Shown here one piece after another: positions 1 through 11,910 of a DNA stretch of 64,000 nucleotides. The stretch's first letter is position 1. Every line of letters starts with the position of its first letter. The position numbers and the translations under genes were made by a program. Below the pieces are notes generated by a model that saw only the letters and a program-made list of their open reading frames with translations, was not told the DNA's origin and did not search any database. The stretch comes from Octopus bimaculoides (Eukaryota): NCBI RefSeq assembly GCF_001194135.2, contig NC_068989.1, positions 94,451,959-94,515,958 on the forward strand. The letters are read 5' to 3'.

Positions 1-109
1 AACGCACGCATATCTATTTATCTACCTATCTACACACACACACACACACCATACACACAACCACACGCCAAAACACGCCACACAAACACACACATACATA
101 CACACACAG

Positions 110-162
<53 letters not shown>

Positions 163-544
163 TATATATATATCGGTAATATTATGGAAATATCTAGCAT
201 GACTTCACTAAGAATATCTACTTGTAATGATGTATTAGACAGTAACATTTATAGCAGTGGATTCGAATAGACTCGTGATGATAATCTTCAAATCAAAGTT
301 GCATGGCAATTACATCCTGCTGCGATTTAGTATGAAAGAAGTATGAAAAATTATTCCCATTTGAAGTTAGATGGATTTCGTAAACTATGTCCACTGCAAG
401 TCAGGAAGCATTATGTAAATATAAGTAAAACAGAACTAATGTTCGTTGTGCTGGACATGCAGAGAATATATGCATTGCATTTCTCACTGTCCGCTTTCAA
501 AGTTTTTACTTACTAGGTTACCACATAGAAAACGCAAAATATTC

Positions 545-660
545 ATTTCAAATTTGGTATAACGCCAGCAATTTCGGGGAGGAGTTAAGTAGATTACATC
601 GACCCCAGTGTTCAACTGCGATATTTGAACTCAGAACGTAACGACGGACTAAATACTGCC
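545..660 (-). mobile_element. SINE, family M (Meta-like domain), internally deleted copy
   Basis: Blocks shared with copies at 4340, 36040 and 40390 (aatttggtataacgccagcaattt...gattacatcgaccccagtgttcaact...ttgaactcagaacgt); the central part is missing. Confidence 0.6.
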
Positions 661-2914
661 GGATATTGATCAGACAAAAATGAATGAGCTTAAATGAATA
701 TGATAGATCTTCTCAAGATCGCTGAAATTGACTTAAAAAATATAATTAAGTAGGAAACAATATTTAGAATACTATTGAAGATCTACGAAAGTGTTAAGGT
801 CACTTGGAGAATACTTCAGGTTTTAGCGCTCGACAACCCATATACATTGAACACCTTTATTGATATTATTGATATTATTGATAATGGTAGAAAATGGATT
901 GTTTTAGGTATTAGAATGATTGTTTCAGGCAATACAAATACCTTCATTTAGATTGACAGAGAAACTCACACCAAAAAGGTGAATGTTGCGGAATGTGTTT
1001 TGTGCAATGAGTCGTGAAGTTTTCCGTAGCTCTTTGAATAAATTTTCGTAGACTAAAAATAAGTAAAATATTTGATGAAAATAACCGGATGTAATTGCCA
1101 TAAAGTGATGACAGATGAATGCTACAGGTTGTAATAGCTGAGTTACCCAATTGCAGAGAAGACTCTCAAACAGATTCCGCGAGCCACATTCATTGGTCTT
1201 TTCGGAGTTATAGTACAAAACACTCGACTATGGTATCTTGAAGGGATAGTTAACACGAGCCCACATGATTGAGAATCGAACTTCATGCCCCTACAATGTA
1301 TATAATTAAACAAAATAATGAGAAAATATGTTTAGCATCCATTTTCCACACTTTCATCTGTTTCAATCTACTTGGAGTCTTTTCTGTGTAATTTGTCATG
1401 ATCTCAGAAGCCTGCCAATTTGCTTTCATATCCGTTCGTCTGTCACTCGGTGTAGTATTGAAGTGTCGTATTTTTGTGATTCCACGATATATATGACATT
1501 TTAGGTACTGAGTGAACTTCTCAAATATTTAGTAATATAGGAGCATAGAAATTTGATCTGACATTAGACCCCCAACAAATGCCCATAAATTAATTGCATT
1601 TATCTAGGTCACGATCGTGGCCTGTCGGACTGTCTCTGACGGCCACGATCGTGGCCCGTCGCGCTTTATGTATTGACAATTCTTCGTCTGATGGCATTTT
1701 TATGAAATGGAAATAAGATATATCTTCATATAATTGGCCTTGTCCCATAGCATATGGGACAAGGTCAATGGTATTAGACATAATGGTTTTATACATATAT
1801 ATATATATATATATATTAATGCACATAAACTTATTTAAAGTAATGATTATTCTTGCATGGATAAATACAACGGTAGTTCTTCATGTTGCTTCAATTATTT
1901 CCATTATTTCATGGATTTTTCTATTCAGCATTCGTTGCCGTCGTCTTTAGCAATGCGTTTATTCTGTGGTACAGTTATTTATTGACAATGTCGCCCCTCG
2001 TTAGTTTTCATTGAATAGACAATGATAAAATACTTTCTAATCGTAATCATTCCATTGTTGACCTACTACCTAAGTAATTATCCTTTTCAAGTACGTTTTA
2101 GGGATTATTTGAGGAGGATTTGACTGCAATCTCCAAAATTATGTGAGATTCCATAGAGTCTCCCTTCTTGTGTCGCGTTATATTTCTTTTCACTTAGCAT
2201 TTTCAACTCTGCCGTTTTCATTGTTGCCTTCATTGAAATCATAGTTACCTTCATGTTTTGTAAAGGTGTTCCATTACTATTTACAGTATTATCCATGCTT
2301 GTGCTGTTGACAGTTTTACTATTAATGTTATTATAATTGCTGTTTATGCGGTTGTTTATAATAAAGAAATTATATGTATTTTCACTCCTCTCGTTGTCCG
2401 CCTGTATTATCGTAATCATCTGTTGACGTCATCGCCAACGATGTCATGGAATTAAGCCTTTTTTTTACAAAGATGATTGAAAAATAAAACCTGAACGTTA
2501 TTCCTTCCCTTAAATCTCTCACGATTTCCGAAAACAAATAAATACAATAAATCTAATTAGCGTTAGAGACAAAAAATTGCAGAGTTATGTTGCTCCAGAG
2601 CTACTTTAAGACACGTCGTTATGCCATAAAACCGTCACCATAATACCTAACATCACCGAGCTAACAACTGAACAACTTTCTGGCATTTCTATATATTAGA
2701 AGCAGCAGAGAAATCCCCACTAAATCAGGTTCTAACATTTAAGAAAAGTCTTTATTGCATGGCAATATCCTATGTACACTATTCTAAAAACGCTGTGCTA
2801 TAAACTGAGAATATCTTTCATTATAGAGTTGAATAAAGAGTCCCAATCAACGGCTATAAAATTAAAATAACTGCCATCACTAAAACACAATAATAGCAAT
2901 ACCAATAATAATGG

Positions 2915-3085
2915 TTTCAAACTTTGGTATAACGTCAACCTTTACATCTTTGGGAAGTCGGTTACAGAGACCCCCAGCGCTTGATTAGTAGTAATTTGCA
3001 CTCAGAACGTCAAAATGGACGAAACACAGCTATGCATTTTGTCCGACATGCTAACGTTTCGACCGGCTTGCCGCCTTCTCAATAC
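2915..3085 (-). mobile_element. SINE, family M, degenerate
   Basis: tttcaaactttggtataacg...ctcagaacgtcaaaatggacgaaac...ccgacatgctaacgtttcgaccggcttgccgcc aligns by eye to the other family M copies. Confidence 0.45.
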
Positions 3086-4029
3086 TACTACTGATAATAA
3101 TAACAATAAAGGCATTCAGCATCGCATCTAAGCTGATTAACAATTGATAACTGAATACGTTCCTTTAATATAGCCATTATTCAACAATACAATTGCCGTT
3201 AATAGAGGATATTCAATTGTAAAACAGTCGAGGCTTGGTTTGTAGCATTTATCTCTATAAATATGTGTCGTCTTCTTTTAACATATCGATTTTATGGATA
3301 TCTTATTACAGTGACAGAAATGCATTAATAAATCTTCAATCTTTCTATATCCATATGCATTAAATATAAACATTAAATGGAATATCTAACCTTCTCTAAT
3401 GAATAATTGATAATTTACTCGACAATTTCTTGATTTGAGGGTGTATAAGCAGATTAATCTTACTGTTGAAATACACATGATCAATTTTTACATTAACTCT
3501 TTGGTAATTCCATCAAAATACCACGTAAAGTACTTTTTAGCTCTAGATGCAATATTTTTATAAGATACTTTTAAAAGATGCTTTTATAACAAATATTAAC
3601 AAATATACTTTAAATGTGTACTAGTCAATGGCGTGTGAATTATAAATTGCATAGGGGAAACATTTAGAAATGCAAAACAAAACAAAAAACAAATATTACT
3701 TTCCATTGCCATTTGTTACAGATTGATATTATGTGGGGGTGCTAGATTCCCTTGTTCGAAAATGTAAGGACATAGACCGTGTCGCATAGCCAGCTGGAGA
3801 CGATGTCTCCTGGAGCTAAATTACAGCAAGATTCATTCTAAACCAGGACTGCCATGTTATGTTGGCAAATAATCTTTACTACAAATTACTGTTGCTGAAT
3901 ATCTCTCGTCGTGAGATTTAGAAATAGTAATTTTCTGATATTATGTTGTTTCTATATTTTATATTGATTTTCATCTCACACACACAGAAGGCAGAAATAG
4001 AGGTATAACGTATGAGATCGAATTCAATA

Positions 4030-4125
4030 CACAAAGGGTAATCTTGTTATCAAGATCCGGATGACAAAGCGGTGAAATCAAACCTGTGATGAATTTGAAG
4101 TCAGAACGTAGATAGACGAATGTAC
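4030..4125 (-). mobile_element. SINE, family M, short degenerate fragment
   Basis: gaatttgaagtcagaacgtagatagacgaa matches the family M B-box region. Confidence 0.35.
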
Positions 4126-4339
4126 CTTTTCTTTGAGAGACAGATCGCAAATCTTATGCCATTCTATTGACCTTAATGACTTTCATGTTTAATTTTTAAT
4201 TGATACTCTACTGTCTAGCCAGAGAAATTCTTAACAATGAGGGATTACATATTAAAATTGACAATCTAGAAATTACTAGAATAAGAATATTCTAGTAATT
4301 TTTTTCACAATCTTAAAGGCATTAGTGGCATACAGCACG

Positions 4340-4530
4340 TGACATATTGACTTCAAATTTTGGGGAGACGTTAAGTCCATTACATCACCGCGTTGTTCAA
4401 CTGGCACTGATTTTATCGACTCCAAAAGGATAAAAGGCAAAGCTGATACCAGTGGAATTTGAACGTAGAAATTCCGATGAAATGATACTAAAGACGTTAC
4501 CCGGTGTGCTAACGATTCTACTAACGATTC
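4340..4530 (-). mobile_element. SINE, family M
   Basis: ttaagtccattacatc...caactggcactgattttatcgactccaaaaggataaaaggcaaagctgatacc...ccggtgtgctaacgattct. Confidence 0.6.
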
Positions 4531-6321
4531 CGTCTTAAGGCACTTGAAATATTGACAACTTAAAAAAGAATCTGAATCCTTAACTCACTGGCTCACTTCG
4601 ACTACAAAATAACATTTACTTAAAGGCTACTCAAAGGTCAGACTTATTTGTAATGATTTCGACTATTGTGCCATCTGCATTCCATTCTGGAAATCAACTA
4701 TGAAGCATAATATTGATGTGGTTTAATTGAAACAGAAATACTGCAACCAAACATGTTGAATTTCACTTCAAAGGTAATAAAACGGCATTTGATTCTAAAG
4801 CCTTGAATACTAAGCAAACACCATAATTCAAACGGTAATGTTTGGGGCGTGGAGATTTTAACGTCATTGGTTTGGAAAGTTCAATATTGCTTCAATAATA
4901 AATATTGAATTTAAATTCTGCGAATATTATCAATTAGTAATAATGTATGCTTTCCAAAATAATTCATGCTTATACGTGACTATTATGTTTATTTTCATTC
5001 ATGTCTGTGTAAGGCAAATATCAATTTGGTAGGAGAAGAGACAAAGCATCGAATTCATTGAAACGCTTACGAGTTTGATTTGCAAATGACTGAAGTAATA
5101 CAAAAAATTCTGAAAGTTTATTTAAATGTTGATTTAATTCCTTCGATAATAACTAGAAAACTGGTAAAGTTGAAGGATATAATATACATCATAATATATA
5201 ATATACATTATGTAGTTTGTGGGCGTAAAGATGTTAGCCTGTGAAGTTGTTTGGTAATTTTATTTTTTTGATTCAACGAAATATGTCAACATGGTACAAG
5301 TTATATAACGAGTGTCAGTGTAATAAATTCAACATTTTCATACCAAAATATTAAGCAACACTTCCCAACACAGAAAATAACTCATTTATTCGGATTCTAG
5401 CTTTCCACTAAAACACCGGTAAATCTTCCAACAAGATTTTCAGAAGAAAAAATGCATATTCGTTTTCTTCCCCATTTACGTAACATTCCGAAACATCAGT
5501 ATGTATTCTCACAAAAGGAATATATCAAGAATGAACTCATCGAAAAATATCATTTCTATTAAACAAGTTCTACATTTCCAGCTACATTTTATTTCTTTAC
5601 CCATCATAATTTACATGGTTTCCTACATTCTAATGTATTACTGTGTAGCAATATTAGTAACACGCTTCAGCATGTGATTCAAAGCAGCTTTTACTAGCAT
5701 ATAACTAACAAGATATTGTATATATTGAGCATTACGAAAAACATTACTTTTGCAGATACACGCGTGCGCGCGCATACACGCGAATCTATATTTCTAAGTG
5801 CATACATACGTACATACATATATACAGACACTTATTTACATGAATTTGTACTCAGAAGCGTACATAAATATGAGCATACATGTATCTTTATATATATATA
5901 AATGTACGTGTGTGTGTATGAGTTTGTGTGTGAGTGCATTCCTGTGTACGGGTACACATAACACGAAATTCATATTAATGCATATATTTTACAAACGAAA
6001 TGAATTACTTGCAGGAATATTTCAATGAGGACACGTCACGTTTGATTGGTATCAGTTGGTCTGAGAGCCGAAATATTATGAATAAATCTAACAGGTGATA
6101 GCGGTAGACAGAAAGATCACAGGATGGAGCGGAACACACAGAGAAAGTGAAAGACAAACGTTGTGTGAATAGGATTCGCTAAATTCTTATATTCCTCGAG
6201 TTGGGTTCATCCTGCGAACTGAGGAAGTAAAAGATATTATGTATACTAGTTTATACATCACACACCTTCATTAAACTATACAAACGGTTTGAGTTCATCA
6301 TGTGAATAAATCATGTGAGAG

Positions 6322-6477
<156 letters not shown>

Positions 6478-6769
6478 GTAAAGAGGTGTTATGAGCGGTA
6501 GTGGTGTCTCTCTATCACACTTATCTCCCCATTCCTTCTATCAAACTATATCTGGCTGACCACTATCTGGTACACTTTCCCTTATCTCTATCTTTGTATT
6601 CCTTTTTTCTTTCTTTTCTTTATTCCTCTTACTATTTTTCTTCTTCCTTTTTTCTTCTCTTTCTATTCCCCTTTTTCTTCTTTTTTCTTCTCTTTCTTTA
6701 TTCCTCACTTCCTGTTTTCGATATGACCTTACTAATACATTCCCTACTTTTAGGTCACTTTAAATAAAA

Positions 6770-7115
6770 CAATCGATTCAATAACACTGTGTACAAACTC
6801 TATACACGGAACGACCAATTTTAATGACTATTGGATTTTACTCATAAAGTATTGGAATCTTATATGAATACCATTCTGCCTAAATAATGGATTCACAAAT
6901 ACAATATCCCTGCATATCTCACATCTATTTTCGTTCCTCAAATTCACTCTCTATTTCGTATCTTATTTAAATTAACTATTGCTTCATCATCGTCTCACAC
7001 CGTCTCCGATGAAGGCATATAAGAAATATCCTGGAAACAGCTGTAAGACTTTCCATTTATAAATGTTCTAAAATCAACTCAGGCTTCCTTGGTTTTTATC
7101 TCAATACGAAAAGTA
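6770..7115 (+). mobile_element. Penelope-like element 3' end / pseudo-LTR relic (family A)
   Basis: Hammerhead-like block shared with 16380-16630; a decayed frame (KVLESYMNT..) loosely resembles a GIY-YIG C-terminus; ends at a (CT)n/(TA)n tract. Confidence 0.5.
7002..7049 (+). ncRNA. Type I hammerhead ribozyme-like motif, degenerate (CCGATGA core)
   Basis: Stem I gtct/agac; core ccgatga; stem II aggcatat/atatcct; GAAA; stem III with palindromic CAGCTG; GUA site. Confidence 0.45.
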
Positions 7116-7121
7116 AATCTC

Positions 7122-7161
<40 letters not shown>

Positions 7162-7216
7162 ATATATGTATATATATATATATAATCAAAATAAGCAACA
7201 AGCATATCCAGAGGTA

Positions 7217-7304
7217 ATGCAGTACGATTGTTTCAAGCAACTCTATTCAATTGAACAATACACTCAATACATCAATTTAAATGCAGAGCAATCCTCAGCT
7301 GCAT
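7217..7304 (-). ncRNA. Type I hammerhead ribozyme-like motif with long stem II
   Basis: Minus strand: atgcag-CTGAGGA-(57-nt imperfect hairpin)-GAAA-caatcg-TA-ctgcat; perfect 6-bp stem I; GUA site. Confidence 0.55.
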
Positions 7305-7436
7305 AAAGACATAGAATTTAATTAAATTAAAACAGAACCACTATAAAGCCACTATAAACACTTGTATTCTATCTCTTCACAATAAAGCTCTTGGCGGGGG
7401 ACATGACAAAATTCAAAACTTAAAAATAAAAGTTAA

Positions 7437-7497
7437 ATTCTCTATTGCAATTTCGATGTTAGGAACCTAATGGTACCATTCCTATCTTCAGGAAAAT
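7437..7497 (-). ncRNA. Type I hammerhead ribozyme-like motif, degenerate stem II base
   Basis: Minus strand: attttc-CTGAAGA-taggaa...ttccta-acatc-GAAA-ttgcaa-TA-gagaat; palindromic stem III loop; AUA site. Confidence 0.4.
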
Positions 7498-7883
7498 GTT
7501 CCTATAGATACAACTGGACACTAAAAACATTGGTTAAAGCTTACATGTGTCAACTTTTATCTACACAATCAAATCCAACTTCATGCACAGCGTTTATAAG
7601 AAATGACCGATAAATCGAGTCACGGCGATCCACCGGATATAAGTGAAAACATTAAATAATTAAAGTTGTAAAAATATATTTATTCATAATTATGCACACT
7701 TCTTTTATGAAATTTATGATTACATGCTACACCATTGATTCATTCGTAAATGATTATGAATTGTTTATGATATATCCTTCGTAATGTATTTTTAGCTTTG
7801 ACTAATATTTCTAGACATGTAAGGGATTTTGCAACCCTCTCCATTATGATTGTGATTTATTCATAATTATATTCAGTTTTTTT

Positions 7884-7935
<52 letters not shown>

Positions 7936-7960
7936 GAGAGTGAGAGAGTGAGAGAGTGAG

Positions 7961-7999
<39 letters not shown>

Positions 8000-8699
8000 C
8001 AGACATATATGTATGTATATGTTCTAAAAGATAGAGCTCTTCATGTAACAATGCATTACTATAACGACAGTAAATACATAGATGATGATAGGGGAAAACA
8101 TATAGAGAGTTTACACTATACAATTCACACAATCAAACGGGGTCTTATACATAAATGAAATAAATTACAATAGTTATTGAACATTTCCTACTTTGTTTCC
8201 AGTTACAATATTCCGATATATCATCCTGGTTACTGACAAGATAAGACTAAAATGCTGTTTCATCATAATGCATCTAATTTTCTCAATAAAGAATGCTAAT
8301 TACTAATTTATCGCTAATTTGAGAAAATCTAAATGTCCAATTGTGTTTCGCATCTTTGCAGGGTGAACAGACGAATTAATTGATTAATTCCGGCATTTTA
8401 GCTTCCTCAATCAAGCTCAGTTTTGATCAGAGGAGATAAGCACGATGAAAGGTTACCTACCGTTTCTTATCCTTCAAGAATGATTAATAGAATATAGAAT
8501 AGATCTTCTACAACACATTACGTAGAATACTACCACAGATTTTAGAGTACAAATTTTGACTGTTCTCATTTAAGCATTCCTTCTATATACATGACGTCAT
8601 CACCGATTTTATGCTAAAATTGATATGACACTGCTTTTAATATTCTAATTATTGTTTTGTAACTAAGGATTTGCCATACATCTTTCACACTTACAGTTT

Positions 8700-8855
8700 A
8701 GAATTCTTTGTTGACCATTCTTCAAGACAAGAAAGGAAAGGAGATAAAGGAAGGATACGATAAGCACCTCAATCAGCCTCCCTTCCGGTGCAGCATCTGC
8801 AGTTATGCCTGTTTGACCCACATTTGACACCAGCAAGGTTGCAACTGAAGTGGTC
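8700..8855 (+). mobile_element. Possible RTE-clade LINE ORF2 C-terminal relic
   Basis: Frameshifted basic stretch (RQERK..) followed by PFRCSICSYACLTHI*, resembling the terminal Cys/His finger of RTE ORF2. Confidence 0.3.
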
Positions 8856-9867
8856 ATTCACAGACACACACACACACACACACATATATATATGTGTGTG
8901 TGCAAATTTATATATACATACATGAACGAATGCATACACACATTAATACATATATACATAGATAAATGCATACATACATATAAATAATGTGAGATTTTCG
9001 ATGTGAAAGAATACAACCCAAACTAGAACGACACTTTCGTAATAAGTTGTCGTGTGTATATTTGTATAAATGACTGCAGTAAAAGAAAAGGAAATCTGTT
9101 ATCGTCTGTCTTGATCCAATGTATAAAGCAGAAACTAACGACAGGAAACCATATATATATATATTGCCTTGTTTATTAAATGTTGTTTAGACTGATAAAT
9201 TATCGTATTAAAGAAGTTATAGCATTTTAACAATGATTTCTAATCCCATTCAAATAATGCCAAATAAGATCTTTGTAAGAATAAAAATAAAGAATGAAAC
9301 TCCATATAGTCGTTAAACCTGGCCCAAAACATTGTCATCACCAGCGGTTAAGGAAATTATATTACTCGAAATATCCGGTGGACTGCAAGCTATAAATTAC
9401 AGCTATGTGTAAGACCATATATACATCAGCCGTATATATAAATATTCAACGTTAAGAAATGCCTCATCAAACAAACCCAAATATTGATTTCAGTCATTGT
9501 TTCCTCGCAGAAATTACGAAATTTCTTCCTGTGGATAATCCCATAAAATAGTTTTATTCGACGAATGTAATGATTCTATATATTACAGCAGAAATATAAT
9601 AAATGAAATGTAGGACGATTTTCAAAGTATTTAGATATCAGAAAAGCCAACTCGTTCATGCAGAAAAAACGCCTACTTAAAGGGACTATATTTACATTTT
9701 CGCAAGTGAAGGTAGCACGCCTATTTGTACAAATTTCGCTATTTTTCAAGAATTATCATCAATACATTGAAATACCTTTCAGAAAATGTATGTCATGTTG
9801 TGTATTAGATATTCGCTTCGCCAAATTGTCAAATACAACCGCGTTTGAGTCTAAACATGATATGATG

Positions 9868-9914
<47 letters not shown>

Positions 9915-10107
9915 TCACACATGCTGACACATACAAACACTCACACGCAAATACATACACACGCATATAGTGAAAGGGAGAAGAAAGTGATTTATTTCTA
10001 TTTCATTGAGTATCTAGAACTTGGAAGAGTTTTCAATTGGAGAACAGCACAGTTTTAGTATAGCTTTTTCAGAATGTTNNNNNNNNNNNNNNNNNNNNNN
10101 NNTATAT

Positions 10108-10151
<44 letters not shown>

Positions 10152-10664
10152 GTATATGGGTGTGTTGGCGAGTAGGAAGTTTAAATCTCACAAGGCATTT
10201 ATTGGTGGGACAAAGGTATGCTGAAATTGGAGTGAGTTAAAACATTTACTGTGATTGGAACTCTCTAGTGCCACTGGTAGATTGAATCTAACACTTTATT
10301 TACTCTTTGAGGATTTTCTCTTATCTTTTATATAGAAAAACTAAGGCAAACCATCATTAAAGAGAGGGAGTGCATAGGTACTAATGGTACAATTGTTGCT
10401 AAAATTCCAACTGAAATGTGTTTTTCTTTTATTGGTTTCTGAAATGCGATAAATAGGTCCAACCTTGACGCAAACAAATTGAAATATAGCTGAAAGGTAG
10501 AATTGAGTGGAATTAAATATATTATGAAAAAGGGAACAAAACAATAAAATATATAAATCAACCAATGTTATTTATTCGTGCTTTCTTTTCCGGATTACAT
10601 TCCGTCTGTTTACGTCTTCCCTCGCCTGCATTCGATGTTGTTTATCTCTTGCCTGGACCTATCA

Positions 10665-10790
10665 AATTCCTGAAATCCTGCCAGGTCCACTTTGCATTTC
10701 ATTATTCCGGTATCGATGAGATAAAATCCCGGTCAAAGGTAGGGGTCAATATTCTCAATAATACTCCCCACTGGAAATGTTATTTGTTCA
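10665..10790 (+). mobile_element. SINE, family M, degenerate
   Basis: gaaatcctgccaggtccactttgcatttcattattccggtatcgatgagataaaatcccgg resembles the family M central domain. Confidence 0.4.
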
Positions 10791-11699
10791 ATTTTATAAT
10801 TTCTGAATTCAAATCCTTATGATAAAGGAGATTGCTGAGAAAATAATATTTCAATCTGAGGGAATAATAACTGTTTAGAAGTATTTTTTGGGTGGAGCAA
10901 AACTGGTTAAAAATAGAAACACTTGAGTGTAGAGTTACTAATATGATCTGATTAATTATATGGTGTCTGAAATAAGGACACTTTTTTTTAACAGTTGAAG
11001 AAACTTGCTGATCAAAGGGACAGGCACGTAAAGAGTTATCTATTTCCGTATTTTCACAAAAATACGCAACATACAAATATATCATTACAAAGAAAGAAAA
11101 TTGTGAAGAATGACCGTTTGGTTGTTCCACATGAATTTTTTTGGCATTATTGGCTTTCATAAATAAGCATAAAGCATCCACCAATGTTGATTTGTATAAA
11201 TGAGAGGACTAGCTAATAATTCAATTTTATCTCTATATAATTCACAGAATAGTGCAGTGTCATTTCACATTTTTTTCTATGAAACAGATTTGAAATAACA
11301 GATTTGAAAGAGGAGAGTTAAAGAGACGAAACATGTTTCATCTTGAACACAAAATTTATTTACTCCGTCGTTCCATGAGAAAGAAGAACCAATATTAATT
11401 TTTAAAAACGATATGTGCACCATCAAGCACATCAATATAAAATGATGCGAGAACGACGCTTGCTGGTATTGTTGATTCGAAGCATCTAGTTGATGTGTCG
11501 TCAGGAACGTGTCCTCAATCAAGACTACACGCGATGGTGGCAAAGGTGATTCCTATATTAACACTTGACCTATAGAAATTCTTCAGAATCAAGACGCGTA
11601 CAGAAATGAAATAGATAGTTCATAGAGTTCAGGTTATCACGCTGAATCTCTACGGTTCCTTACACCATTTTGGTGACTATAATATAGTTATTGTGGATT

Positions 11700-11910
11700 C
11701 ACGTGGGATTGTGGTTAGGGTATTTAGCACTTTATCGTAAGATTGTGGTTTCGATTCTTCGGAACTTTTTGTTCTTCAGTCAAACAATTCACTTCATATT
11801 GCTCCAGTCCATTCAGGTGGAAAACATGAGTAACCGTACAATGTGACAATGGGAGGAATATATACGCCGCATAATTCGAGAAGCTGGCCTTAGAAACTAT
11901 GGCTCGGTAC
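11700..11910 (+). mobile_element. tRNA-derived CORE-type SINE, degenerate
   Basis: Head with ggtttcgattc B-box-like motif, then ttcatattgctccagtccattcaggtggaaaacatgagt (CORE-like). Confidence 0.5.

Larger units (their letters stand above)
7185..7510 (-). mobile_element. PLE-like repeat carrying two tandem hammerhead-like motifs (family B)
   Basis: Two CTGANGA...GAAA...NUH motifs on the minus strand, 130 bp apart, tail-to-tail with the family A relic. Confidence 0.45.

Noticed and set aside
2424-2431. Perfect CRE sites TGACGTCA at 2424 and 8592
   Set aside because: Roughly 0.6 expected by chance at this base composition; no supporting context.
8663-8857. Minus ORF with a hydrophobic stretch (..LIEVLIVSFLYLLSFLVL..)
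   Set aside because: Better explained as antisense of a purine-rich, RTE-like tail on the plus strand; it starts directly at a microsatellite.
10780-11184. 134-codon minus ORF
   Set aside because: AT-rich composition, no domain or splice support; its end overlaps a SINE relic.
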